Shown: piece by piece, positions 49,768 to 59,075 of the stretch
Layout of the letters: the number at the start of each line of letters is the position of its first letter
Position numbering within the stretch: the first letter of the stretch is position 1
Program-made: the position numbers and the translations under genes
Assembly: GCA_963814375.1 (NCBI GenBank)
Contig: CAWFCQ010000004.1
Span: 192,001-256,000, forward strand
Origin: an uncultured Chloroflexia bacterium
GTDB lineage: Bacteria > Chloroflexota > Limnocylindria > QHBO01
Length of the DNA: 64,000 nt
Direction: 5' to 3'
Notes under the pieces: generated by a model
Seen by the model: the letters and a program-made list of their open reading frames with translations, nothing else
Told to the model about the DNA's origin: nothing
Databases searched by the model: none

Positions 49768-50454
49768 TCAGCCGGAGGCGGCTGCCTCGGGGACGAACGC
49801 GACGCAGCAGCCGCCCGGACGCGCGTCGAGGACCGGCCGCAGGTCGTCGGCATGTGCGCCGCGCACCAGCCCTTCGGCCATGGCGAGGTTCGTGCCACAC
49901 ACCAGCGGACGGTGCTCGTTTGCCAGGGCGTGGAAGGGACAGTTCCGCAGCCGGATCGTGCCGTCGGCTTCGGTCACCGGCTCGTAGCCGCCGTCCTCGA
50001 GCGCCGCGACCAGCCTCCCGGTCGGTGTGCGTCTCCGTGACCGCCGGGCGAGCCGCTCACCGAGATCGCGCGCTGCCTGCTCGAGCGGCATCGGCACCGA
50101 TCCGGAGCCGATCTCCTCGAGAACCGATGCGAACAGCTGAGCCGCCCGCTCATAGCGCCGGTCGGGGAGCGAGACGGCGAACTCGCGATCGGCGCGCCAG
50201 TAGACGCGAGCGGGACGGCCCGCACCCGGGCCGACCTTGCCGGTCAGGCGCCGGTAGCCCGCATCCAGCAGGCCGGCGTGCTCGAGCCGGTCGAGGTGGA
50301 AGGTCGCGAGCGCCCGCGTGATGTGGAGGGCCTTCGCGGCCTCTTCGCGCCCCACGGGCCGATCCTGGTCCACGACCCAGTCGTAGAGCGCGCGGCGCAC
50401 CGGCTCGTCGAGGAGCGCGAGAGCGTCGAGGTCCTGGTCGCGGGATGGTGGCAT
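49768..50454 (-). CDS. ArsR-like HTH transcriptional regulator
   Basis: FHLDRL..GAGRPARVY, LRNCPFH, VCGTN, CCV. Confidence 0.88.
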   Translation of the reverse strand: MPPSRDQDLDALALLDEPVRRALYDWVVDQDRPVGREEAAKALHITRALATFHLDRLEHAGLLDAGYRRLTGKVGPGAGRPARVYWRADREFAVSLPDRRYERAAQLFASVLEEIGSGSVPMPLEQAARDLGERLARRSRRRTPTGRLVAALEDGGYEPVTEADGTIRLRNCPFHALANEHRPLVCGTNLAMAEGLVRGAHADDLRPVLDARPGGCCVAFVPEAAASG

Positions 50455-50548
50455 CGGCGCAATCTATCACATGGTCTGGCTCACAATAGATTGGCGGCGG
50501 GCCGTGCTGCGCGCCCCGCGCGCGAAGCTGGATCCGGTGCGCCACCGG

Positions 50549-51556
50549 CTAGCGACCGATGCGGCGGACGAGCCCAATCACTCCGAGCATGAGCCCGGCC
50601 AGCGCGACCCGCTTGCGCTCAGGGTGGAGCTCGAAGTGCGTCGTGAAGACGCTGCTCGACTTCGATCCGACGCCGAAGTCGCCGGTTGTCGAACCCGTAC
50701 CGGTGCTCGGGTCGAAGAGGTTGTCGCCGGCCTTGTCCGGACGCCGGGTCACCTGCTGCTTCCACGCTCGGCCGCCCTGGAGCATGTAGCCGTCGAGGAG
50801 CGTGGGGCTCAGCCACTGGACGACGGTGAGCAGCTTGCCCCAGCCGCCGACCACCACCTCGCGGCCGCCGTGCTCCGCGACGTGGCAGATTGCCTCGGCC
50901 ACCACGCGCGGCTCGTAGACCGGCGGCACCGGCACCGGCTCGACGCCGAGCTTCGAGCGCGCGGAACGGAAGAGCGGCGTATTCATGGACGACGGCATGA
51001 CGAGAACGACGTCGATGCCCGACCCGTCGGCCATCAGCTCCAGGCGCAGCGCCTCGCTGAACCCGGCAACCCCGTGCTTGCTCGCGACGTAGGCCGACTG
51101 GAGCGGGATGGCGCGGTCCGAGAGGGCGGAGCCGACGTTCACGATCGTCCCGCCCCCGGCCCGGCGGAGATGGGGGATCGCCGCCCGGGCGCCGTACATC
51201 TGGCCCAGCAGGTTGACCTGGATCAGCCGCTCCATCTCGTCCGGCTCGAGCCGCTCGGCCGGCGCGTAGATGCTCACCCCGGCGTTGTTGACCCAGGTGT
51301 CGATCCGGCCGAAGCGCTCGACCGCGCGTGCGGCCAGGCGATCGACCTGCTCCGCATCGGCGACGTCGGTAACGACGGCCTCGACCTCGCCGCCGATGCG
51401 CTCCACCTGCCGCGAGAGCTCCTCCAGGGCCTCCTGGTTTCGTGCGGCGACCACCACCGACGCGCCGCGCGTCGCGAGCTGGAGCGCCGTCTCGCGGCCG
51501 ATCCCCTGGGAGGCACCGGTGATGACGACGACCTGCTCCGCGATCGGCCTTCCCAT
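50549..51556 (-). CDS. SDR family oxidoreductase
   Basis: TGASQGIG, NNAG, YVASK. Confidence 0.93.
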   Translation of the reverse strand: MGRPIAEQVVVITGASQGIGRETALQLATRGASVVVAARNQEALEELSRQVERIGGEVEAVVTDVADAEQVDRLAARAVERFGRIDTWVNNAGVSIYAPAERLEPDEMERLIQVNLLGQMYGARAAIPHLRRAGGGTIVNVGSALSDRAIPLQSAYVASKHGVAGFSEALRLELMADGSGIDVVLVMPSSMNTPLFRSARSKLGVEPVPVPPVYEPRVVAEAICHVAEHGGREVVVGGWGKLLTVVQWLSPTLLDGYMLQGGRAWKQQVTRRPDKAGDNLFDPSTGTGSTTGDFGVGSKSSSVFTTHFELHPERKRVALAGLMLGVIGLVRRIGR

Positions 51557-51558
51557 GA

Positions 51559-52011
51559 TCAGACGGGGCCGATCTCCTGGCCGACCTTCTTGAGCTCCAT
51601 CATGCGCGCGCCCAGCTGCTCGAGCTCGTCGGCCTCGAATGCCTGGCGCGCCTTCGGGAACATCTCACCCTCCTCCTCCTCGATGTGGTGCTCGATGTTC
51701 TCCTTCATGACCTTGAACTTGGCGCCCCACGTCTCGTCGGTGACGTCGGTGGCCTCGAGCTCGCCCATGATCTCGTCCACGACGTGATGCTCCTCGAACC
51801 CCTCGAGCACGATGTCGCGCGCCTTCGGGTGCGCCTTGAGCGCCGGGTAGAAGATCTCCTCCTCGATCCGCTCGTGGAGGACCATCTCCTCCTTCAGCTT
51901 CGCGAAGAGCTCGGTGCGCGTCTTCTCACCGCGCTCCGTGGTCGACTCGCCCTCGGCGAGCATCCTCTTGACCTTGGCATGGTCGTCCTTGAGCAGCGAA
52001 ATCGCGTCCAT
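51559..52011 (-). CDS. Hemerythrin-domain protein
   Basis: LKDDH, HERIEEEIFYP, EEHH, HHIEEEE..FP. Confidence 0.92.
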   Translation of the reverse strand: MDAISLLKDDHAKVKRMLAEGESTTERGEKTRTELFAKLKEEMVLHERIEEEIFYPALKAHPKARDIVLEGFEEHHVVDEIMGELEATDVTDETWGAKFKVMKENIEHHIEEEEGEMFPKARQAFEADELEQLGARMMELKKVGQEIGPV

Positions 52012-52077
52012 CGGTCCTCCAACATTGCTGAAGATTTCTACGAGGGCCGATACGCACGCCGCGTGCCGAGGCGGCGG

Positions 52078-52980
52078 TCACGCTGGGGACAGCAGCGCCA
52101 GGATCTCTTCCCGGGTCGGCATCCCGGCCCGCGCGCCAGCCGATGCGACCGACAGGGCACCTGCCGCGTTGGCCGCCGCGATCGCCTCCGGCAGAGCCGC
52201 GCCCGACGCCAGCCAGGCGGCGAGCACGCCGCAGAAGGTGTCGCCCGCGCCCGTCGTGTCGACGAGCTCGGCGGCAACGTGGCCGTGGAATCGCTCGCGC
52301 TGACCACCCTCGGCCAGCAGGGCGCCGGCGGCGCCCTGGGTGACCACGATCGGACCCCGGTGGCGGACGGTCAGCTCCTCGAGGGCGGCATCGGTGTCGT
52401 CGTTGCCGATGGCGACGATGAGCTCGTGCTCGTTCGGCGTGAGGATCGGCCCGAGCGCGAGGACTTCCGCCGGGAGCGCCCGGGCCGGCGCCGGGTTGAG
52501 GATGGCGAGCGTTCCTCCGTCGGCGGCGGCACGAAGTCCGGCCACGATGGCGTCGTTGGGGACCTCGTGGTTCGTGAGCAGGACGTCCGCCTCGCGGATG
52601 GCGCCGAGGTCGTCATCGGTGAGGGAGAGGAGGCTATTGGCACCCGGCGCGACGGCGATCTGGTTCTCGCCGCGCGGTCCGACCACGATCAGCGCGACGC
52701 CCGTCGGCTCTGCATCCAGCCGGCGGACGCGCCCGACATCGATGCCCTCCTCCTCGAGCGCGGCAACGCCGTGGTCACCGTGCTCGTCGGCTCCGACGGC
52801 GCCGATCATCGTGACGCCGGCTCCGGCGCGTGCCGCGGCGACTGCCTGGTTGGCGCCCTTTCCGCCGTGGTGGATGGCGAACCGACCGCCGAGCACCGTC
52901 TCGCCCGGCGCCGGCAGGCGGTCGGTCGTGACCACCAGATCCACGTTGATCGAGCCGATGACGACGACGCGAGACGACAT
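52078..52980 (-). CDS. rbsK: Ribokinase
   Basis: GSINVD, GGKGANQAVAAAR, NPAPA, DTTGAGDTF. Confidence 0.9.
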   Translation of the reverse strand: MSSRVVVIGSINVDLVVTTDRLPAPGETVLGGRFAIHHGGKGANQAVAAARAGAGVTMIGAVGADEHGDHGVAALEEEGIDVGRVRRLDAEPTGVALIVVGPRGENQIAVAPGANSLLSLTDDDLGAIREADVLLTNHEVPNDAIVAGLRAAADGGTLAILNPAPARALPAEVLALGPILTPNEHELIVAIGNDDTDAALEELTVRHRGPIVVTQGAAGALLAEGGQRERFHGHVAAELVDTTGAGDTFCGVLAAWLASGAALPEAIAAANAAGALSVASAGARAGMPTREEILALLSPA

Positions 52981-53011
52981 GGCGCTGAGTATGCGCGTCC
53001 GCGTTCCGATG

Positions 53012-53611
53012 CTACGGCTGGAGCCGACGCGGGTGCCAGGAGCCGTCCGCGCCACGCCGATACTCGACCCGGTCGTGCAGCCGGTCCTGACGGCTCTCCC
53101 AAAACTCGACGTTCCGCGGGCTGATGAGGTAGCCGCCCCACGTCGGCGGCAGCGGGACGTCGTCAGGATGGCGATCCGCGATGGTTCTCACCAACGCCTC
53201 GAGCTCCTCGCGAGAGCCGATCTCCTGGCTCTGCGCCGATGCCATCGCCGACAGCTGGCTGCCTCGCGGCCGTGAGCGCCAGTAGGCGAGCGACTCCTCC
53301 TCGCCGAGCAGCCTGATCGGCCCGCTGACCCGTGCCTGCCGATCCAGCGCCGGCCACCAGAACGCGGCGGCGGCCCATGGGTTCACGGCCAGCTCGCGCC
53401 CCTTGCGGCTGGCGCGGTTGGTGTAGAAGCGGAGCCCCTCGCCATCGAGGCCGTGGGCGAGGACGAAGCGCACCGAGGGCACACCATCGGCATCGGCGGT
53501 CGCCAGCGCGAAGGCATTCGGGAGGGCGACCCCGGCGTCGGTGGCTTCCTCGATCCAGCGTCCCAGCTGGCGCACGGGGTCGGCGTCGAGGGTGGCGGGA
53601 TCGATCGGCAT
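53012..53611 (-). CDS. pdxH: Pyridoxamine 5'-phosphate oxidase
   Basis: FYTNRASRKG, RPRGSQ, WGGY, EFWESRQDRLHDR, RLQP. Confidence 0.93.
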   Translation of the reverse strand: MPIDPATLDADPVRQLGRWIEEATDAGVALPNAFALATADADGVPSVRFVLAHGLDGEGLRFYTNRASRKGRELAVNPWAAAAFWWPALDRQARVSGPIRLLGEEESLAYWRSRPRGSQLSAMASAQSQEIGSREELEALVRTIADRHPDDVPLPPTWGGYLISPRNVEFWESRQDRLHDRVEYRRGADGSWHPRRLQP

Positions 53612-53613
53612 GG

Positions 53614-54816
53614 TCAGGCTGGGACGAGCAGCGCGGGGAGAGCGGTGGCCAGCCGCTCGATGTCGTCGCGGGACACGTACGGCGCGGCGCTGACGCGGAT
53701 GAGCCGCCGCCACCGGGCGTCCTCCGAGCCGGGCGGCCACGAGCTCACCGCCACCTGGATGCCGGCCTCGATGAGCGCGGCGTGGACGGAGTCCGCGTAC
53801 GTGCTGGTCGGACGAACGTCGGCGGCCGCCCACGGCAGCGGGACCGAGACCATCGCGCCGATCATGATGTCGGGCGCCGGAGGCGGCTCCCCGAGCCGAT
53901 TGCACAGAAGATCCCGCGCCTCGATCGCCAGCCGATGCCCGCGGTCCCGCAGCGCTGGCCATCCTCCCGCGACGAGGCCATCGCCGAAGGCGATCGCATC
54001 GGGGATGGCGAGCCACGGGCTGGGGTCGTATGTGCCGGTCCAGTCGTGCTCGAGGCGGAATCGGCTGCGATCGGTGCGTGGCGAGTTCGCGCCGTGGCTG
54101 ATCGAGAGCGGCCGGATGCGGTCCTGGCGGTCGCGCCGGACGTGGAGGAAGGCGCTTCCCTTGGGCGTGAACATCCACTTGTGGCAGTTGGCGGCGGTAT
54201 ACGCGGCGCCGATGGCATCGAGATCGAGGTCGATCATCCCCGGCGCGTGAGCGCCGTCGACCAGCGTGTCGATCCCGCGCTCATCGAGCGCCGCAACGAT
54301 CTCGCGCACCGGCAGGACGAGCGCGGTCGGGCTGGTGACGTGGTCGACCATCACGATTCGGGTGCGCTCGCTGGTCGCCGCGAGAACCGCGTTCAGCGCC
54401 GCCTCGGGCGTCGCGCCGGGGTAGGGGAGCGCTGCGGTCACGACGCGCGCACCGGCAGCGACGGCGGCCGCCTCCATGGCGTTTCGGGCGGCGTTGTAGG
54501 CGTGGTCGAGCACGACCACCTCGTCACCTGCCGCGAGACGGAGCGAGCGGGCCACGGAGTTGATGGCCGCCGTCGCGTTCGGGACGAGAGCGAGGTCGTC
54601 CGGATCGGCGCCGACGAATCGGCCCAGCTCCTCGCGTACCTCGTCGAGCGCAGGCTCGAGGTCGCGCGCGAAGAAGGCCACCGGCTCGCGTTCCATCCGC
54701 TCACGCCATCGGTCCTGCGCCGCGAGGACCGCGCGCGGCGTCGCGCCGAACGAGCCATGGTTGAGGAAGGTGACCGCCGGGTCGAGCGACCAGTGGGCGG
54801 CGAGCTCGGAGGGCAT
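53614..54816 (-). CDS. Class V PLP enzyme (isopenicillin N epimerase/EgtE-like)
   Basis: FLNHGSFGA, DGAH, NCHKW. Confidence 0.88.
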   Translation of the reverse strand: MPSELAAHWSLDPAVTFLNHGSFGATPRAVLAAQDRWRERMEREPVAFFARDLEPALDEVREELGRFVGADPDDLALVPNATAAINSVARSLRLAAGDEVVVLDHAYNAARNAMEAAAVAAGARVVTAALPYPGATPEAALNAVLAATSERTRIVMVDHVTSPTALVLPVREIVAALDERGIDTLVDGAHAPGMIDLDLDAIGAAYTAANCHKWMFTPKGSAFLHVRRDRQDRIRPLSISHGANSPRTDRSRFRLEHDWTGTYDPSPWLAIPDAIAFGDGLVAGGWPALRDRGHRLAIEARDLLCNRLGEPPPAPDIMIGAMVSVPLPWAAADVRPTSTYADSVHAALIEAGIQVAVSSWPPGSEDARWRRLIRVSAAPYVSRDDIERLATALPALLVPA

Positions 54817-54837
54817 CGGGTCGGTATCGTACGACCC

Positions 54838-55500
54838 ATGCCATCTGTGCCGCGCCCCGCAGCGATCGTGTTCGACCTCGACGGGACCCTGGTGGACACG
54901 GTCGATGCGCGCATCGCCGGCTGGGAGGAGGTCTTCGCGCAGGACGGCATCCCGGTGACCCGCGAGCAGCTGAAGCCGATGATCGGCATGGATGGCCGCC
55001 GGCTGGCGATCGCTGCCGCGGCGTCGGTGGGGGTTCAGGTCGACGAGGACGACGCGGCCGAGATCGACCGCCGGGCGGGCGCGCTGTTCGACCGCCACAA
55101 CCGCGACCCACGGCCGCTCAGCGGCGCTCGCTCCGCGCTGGCGCGCCTCGACGCCGCCGGCGTGACGTGGGCGATCGCCACCTCCTCGCGCGCGGAGCAG
55201 GTGACGGCGTCGCTTGCGGCGCTGGACCTCGCGACGTCGCCTCGCATCGTCGACGGCAGCTCGGTGGCGAACGCGAAGCCCGAGCCGGACCTGCTGCTCA
55301 AGGCAGCCGAGGAGCTCGGGGTGGCACCTGCCGGCTGCTGGTACGTGGGCGACTCGACGTGGGACATGCTGGCGGCGGTCGCCGCAGGGATGCATCCGGT
55401 TGCCGTGCTCGCCGGCGCCGCCGTTGACCGCGAGGCGCTGGAGGAAGCCGGGGCTGCCGTCGTCCTCGACACCCTCGACCAGCTCGAGATCGGGCGCTGA
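54838..55500 (+). CDS. HAD-family hydrolase
   Basis: FDLDGTLVDT, KPEPD, VGDSTWD. Confidence 0.92.
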   Translation: MPSVPRPAAIVFDLDGTLVDTVDARIAGWEEVFAQDGIPVTREQLKPMIGMDGRRLAIAAAASVGVQVDEDDAAEIDRRAGALFDRHNRDPRPLSGARSALARLDAAGVTWAIATSSRAEQVTASLAALDLATSPRIVDGSSVANAKPEPDLLLKAAEELGVAPAGCWYVGDSTWDMLAAVAAGMHPVAVLAGAAVDREALEEAGAAVVLDTLDQLEIGR

Positions 55501-55504
55501 TCCG

Positions 55505-58093
55505 ATGCCGCTGGAGGAGTATCGGCGCAAGCGCGACTTCGAGGTCACGCCGGAGCCGGCGCCCGGCGATGTCGTGGCGCGCAGCGGGCGCTTCACCGTC
55601 CAGCGCCACCGCGCCACCGCGCTGCACTACGACTTCCGCCTCGAGATCGATGGCGTGCTCGTCAGCTGGGCCGTTCCGAAGGGACCGACCCTCGACTCAC
55701 GCGCCCGGCGCCTGGCGATGCGGACCGAGGATCACCCAATCGAGTACCTCCCATTCGAGGGCGTGATCCCGGCCAAGGAGTACGGCGGCGGTGACGTCAT
55801 CGTCTGGGACTGGGGCATCTTCGAGCCCGAGGACGAGACCCCTGACCCGGCCAAGGGTCTGCGCCGGGGCGAGATAAAGTTCATCCTCCACGGCGAGCGG
55901 CTCCACGGCCGCTACACGATCATCCGCACCGACTCCGACGACGGCCGCGAGCGCTGGCTGCTGCTGAAGAAGAAGGACGAGGCCGCGATCGAGGGCTGGG
56001 ATGCCGAGGACCACCCGGCCAGCGCCAAGACGGGCCGCACGAACGACGAGGTGCGCGATGGTGTCGCGCCGCGCTTCACCGCCGATCCGCCGCGAGCGCC
56101 CGGCGAGATCGATCTTGCCGCCGCGCGGGAGGCGCCGATGCCGGACTTCATCCCGCCGATGCGGGCGACCCTCGCCACCGATCCGTTCGACGATCCCGAC
56201 TGGGTGTTCGAGGTGAAGTGGGATGGATACCGGGTCGAGGCCGTGGTGCGCGACGGCGCGGCGAAGCTCTGGACGCGCAATCGCCAGGATGCCGCACGCT
56301 ACTTCCCCGAGCTGGCGGGGGAGACATCCTGGATCGCCGCCAAGCAGGCGATCGTGGACGGCGAGGTGGTTGCCCTCGACGAGCAGGGCCGCCCGCGATT
56401 CAGCCTGCTCCAGGACCGGACCGGCATCCATACCGGCCGAGTGCCGGGGACAAACCGACGGGGACCGCCGGCGCCGGTCGTGTACCAGGCCTTCGACCTG
56501 CTCCACCTCGACGGCCGCTCGCTGCTCGGGGTCCCGCTCGAGGAGCGGAAGCGCCTCCTCCGCAGTGTCCTTCGTCCGCACCCACGAGTGAAGTACGCCG
56601 GCCACATCGAGGCGAATGGGACCGATGTATTCCGCGCCGCCCGCGATCAGGAGCTCGAGGGCATCGTGGCCAAGCTCAAGCGCTCCCCATATGAGCCAGA
56701 CCGGCGGAGCCGGTCGTGGCTCAAGCTCAAGGCCAGGCGTGAGCAGGAGGTCGTCGTCGTCGGCTGGCTGCCGGGCCAGGGGACGCACACCGACATCGGC
56801 TCGCTCATCGTCGCCGTGCGCTCCGGCGAGCGGTGGGCGCACGCCGGCCAGGTCGGCAGCGGGATCAACACGAGGACCCGGCGCGAGCTCCATCGGCAGC
56901 TGGAGGAGATGGAACGGCCCGACCCGCCGCTCGATCCCGCGCCGCGGCTCAAGGGAGCGCGCTGGGTCGAGCCGCGGCTCGTCGCGCGCGTCGAGTTCGC
57001 GGATTGGACGGCGGAGAATCTCCTGCGCCAGGCCGCCTTCAAGGGGATCGAGGCCGGCCGTGACCCGCGCACCGTCCGGCGCGAGCGTGCGGTGGCCACC
57101 TCGCGAGCCACTGCGGAGGCAGAACGGACCCATACTGAACGGCCGATGCGAGCAGCCGATGACGCCGTCGCCGCGCTCGATGCCCTGGAGCGCGAGGGCA
57201 CGTGGAACGTGGATGGTCGGGAGATCCGCGTCACGAACCTCGACAAGGTGCTGTTCACGCCGGTCGAAGGCGGAACGCCGGTGACGAAGCGCGACCTGCT
57301 CCGCTATCACGTGCAGGTGGCACCCACGCTCGTGCCGTACCTGGCCGGCCACGGGCTGACGGTCCAGCGCTACCCCAACGGGATCGAGTCGAAGGGGTTC
57401 TGGCAGAAGGACCTGCCGAAGCACGCCCCCGACTGGATCGAGCGCTGGACGTACCACCACCGGGAGGAGGGGCCGAAGGACTACGTCGTCGTCGACTCGG
57501 CCGCGACCCTGGCGTGGCTGGCGCAGGAGGCGGCGATCGAGCTCCATCCCTGGACCAGCACGACCGATGCACCCGACCGGCCCAGCTACGCCCTGATCGA
57601 CATCGATCCCGGGCCGGAGACGGCCTGGGAGGAGGTCGTCACGCTGGCGCGCCTGTATCGGACCGCGCTCGGCCATCTCGGGGTCGCCGGCCATCCCAAG
57701 GTCACCGGCAAGCGCGGCATCCAGGTCTGGATCGGCATCGAGCGCGGGCCCACCTTCCATGAGACGAGCGCGTGGGTGGAGGGCCTCTCACGAGCGGTCG
57801 GCAGCACGGTCCCGGACCTCGTCAGCTGGGAGTGGGCGAAGCGCGCGCGCAAGGGCAAGGCCCGGCTCGACTACACCCAGAACGCGATCAACAAGACCCT
57901 CGTCGCGCCGTACAGCACCCGTCCGGCTCCCGGCGCCCCGGTCAGCATGCCGTTCGCGTGGGACGAGCTCGACGACCCCGCCCTCCGCCCGGATCGCTGG
58001 ACGATCGCCGATGCCATCGAGCGGATTCGGGAGGCCGGTGACCCGTTCGCGCCGGTCCTCACTGATCGCCAGCCGTTGCCACCGCTCGGCTGA
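55505..58093 (+). CDS. ligD: NHEJ DNA ligase D (phosphoesterase-ligase-polymerase)
   Basis: HYDFRLE..SWAVPKGP; EVKWDGYR; TNLDKVLF, DIDP, RLDYTQN. Confidence 0.95.
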   Translation: MPLEEYRRKRDFEVTPEPAPGDVVARSGRFTVQRHRATALHYDFRLEIDGVLVSWAVPKGPTLDSRARRLAMRTEDHPIEYLPFEGVIPAKEYGGGDVIVWDWGIFEPEDETPDPAKGLRRGEIKFILHGERLHGRYTIIRTDSDDGRERWLLLKKKDEAAIEGWDAEDHPASAKTGRTNDEVRDGVAPRFTADPPRAPGEIDLAAAREAPMPDFIPPMRATLATDPFDDPDWVFEVKWDGYRVEAVVRDGAAKLWTRNRQDAARYFPELAGETSWIAAKQAIVDGEVVALDEQGRPRFSLLQDRTGIHTGRVPGTNRRGPPAPVVYQAFDLLHLDGRSLLGVPLEERKRLLRSVLRPHPRVKYAGHIEANGTDVFRAARDQELEGIVAKLKRSPYEPDRRSRSWLKLKARREQEVVVVGWLPGQGTHTDIGSLIVAVRSGERWAHAGQVGSGINTRTRRELHRQLEEMERPDPPLDPAPRLKGARWVEPRLVARVEFADWTAENLLRQAAFKGIEAGRDPRTVRRERAVATSRATAEAERTHTERPMRAADDAVAALDALEREGTWNVDGREIRVTNLDKVLFTPVEGGTPVTKRDLLRYHVQVAPTLVPYLAGHGLTVQRYPNGIESKGFWQKDLPKHAPDWIERWTYHHREEGPKDYVVVDSAATLAWLAQEAAIELHPWTSTTDAPDRPSYALIDIDPGPETAWEEVVTLARLYRTALGHLGVAGHPKVTGKRGIQVWIGIERGPTFHETSAWVEGLSRAVGSTVPDLVSWEWAKRARKGKARLDYTQNAINKTLVAPYSTRPAPGAPVSMPFAWDELDDPALRPDRWTIADAIERIREAGDPFAPVLTDRQPLPPLG

Positions 58094-58118
58094 GCCGATG
58101 TCGGCTACCATGGGCACG

Positions 58119-58703
58119 ATGATTGAGCAGCTCCTGAGCGTGACCCCCGAAGCACGCGAGAAGATCGACAGCGTCCGCACCTTCAACGACTTCCCCGAGG
58201 CGGTGCTGCGCGTTCGCGTTCTTGCCCGCGAGGGACCGAGATTCCGCTACGAGATCGCCCTCGAGGATCCGCGCGAGCGAACCGAGGACGACCTCGCTGT
58301 CGAGCTGGACGGGCTCGGCCTCGTGGTCGATCCCAGCAGCGCCGCGGATCTCGCCGGCGCCACGATCGACCTGGATCCGGCCGTCACCGGCGGCGGGCTC
58401 CGCATCGACAATCCCAACGAGGGTTGGCAGGACCCGCTCGCGAAGGCGGTGCAGGAGGTCCTCGACCGCCAGATCAACCCCGGCGTCGGATCACACGGCG
58501 GGATGGTCTCGCTCGTGGAGGTGAAGGAAGGCACCGCCTACCTGCGCTTCGGCGGCGGCTGCCAGGGGTGCGCGGCGGTGGACGTCACCCTCAAGCAGGG
58601 CGTCGAGACCGCCATCAGGGCGGCGGTCCCGGCCATCTCGGCGATCGTGGACGCCACCGACCACGACGCGGGCGCCAACCCGTACTACAAGCACGCGCAC
58701 TGA
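58119..58703 (+). CDS. nfuA: NfuA-like Fe-S biogenesis protein
   Basis: Degenerate A-type N-domain; INPGVGSHGG..GGGCQGC..TDH..NPYY. Confidence 0.88.
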   Translation: MIEQLLSVTPEAREKIDSVRTFNDFPEAVLRVRVLAREGPRFRYEIALEDPRERTEDDLAVELDGLGLVVDPSSAADLAGATIDLDPAVTGGGLRIDNPNEGWQDPLAKAVQEVLDRQINPGVGSHGGMVSLVEVKEGTAYLRFGGGCQGCAAVDVTLKQGVETAIRAAVPAISAIVDATDHDAGANPYYKHAH

Positions 58704-58726
58704 CTGAGACGCCCACGGCGGGCAAC

Positions 58727-58755
58727 AAAAACGGGGCCCTTCGGGGCCCCGTTTC
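58727..58755. terminator. Bidirectional intrinsic terminator
   Basis: AAAA-ACGGGGCCC-TTCG-GGGCCCCGT-TT between convergent nfuA and the peptide gene. Confidence 0.88.
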
Positions 58756-58762
58756 GCTTTGC

Positions 58763-58888
58763 CTAGCGGCGAAGCGGGAAGTCGCCCCCGCCCGTTGCCG
58801 CCAACACGGTCGAGGCGAGGGTGAGGATGCTCAGGGCCGCCGCCGAGCCGGCAACCACGAGCGATCGAAGGATTCGACGTGTGCGCAT
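58763..58888 (-). CDS. 41-aa secreted propeptide (putative signalling peptide)
   Basis: AAGGAG RBS; MRTRR-ILRSLVVAGSAAALSILTLAS-TVLA|ATGGGDFPLRR; terminator directly downstream. Confidence 0.8.
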   Translation of the reverse strand: MRTRRILRSLVVAGSAAALSILTLASTVLAATGGGDFPLRR

Positions 58889-59014
58889 CGGTCCTGTGCT
58901 CCTTAGATGGTGCGGCCGAAGGCTTGGTCGGGGAGTGGCCGCGCTCGTGCGCAACCCTCCCCCCGATGGGACCAACCGGCAATGACCCGGGAGTCCCGCC
59001 ACCGATGCAGTGGG

Positions 59015-59069
59015 GTGGTACTTTCGGTCTGGGCCCTTGTCAAGTCATGCTTGCCAAGACGTGTAGACT
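59015..59069. promoter_or_regulatory. Divergent promoters with tandem CTTGnCAAG palindromes
   Basis: CTTGTCAAG at 59036-59044 and CTTGCCAAG at 59050-59058; minus TTGACA-N17-TACCAC; plus TAGACT 6 nt before ATG 59076. Confidence 0.7.
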
Positions 59070-59075
59070 GCCGCC

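Noticed and set aside
53332-55504. Long N-terminal extensions of the HAD, LigD and aminotransferase ORFs suggesting fusions
   Set aside because: Open frames overlap real genes; family motifs begin at internal ATGs (54838, 55505, 54816)
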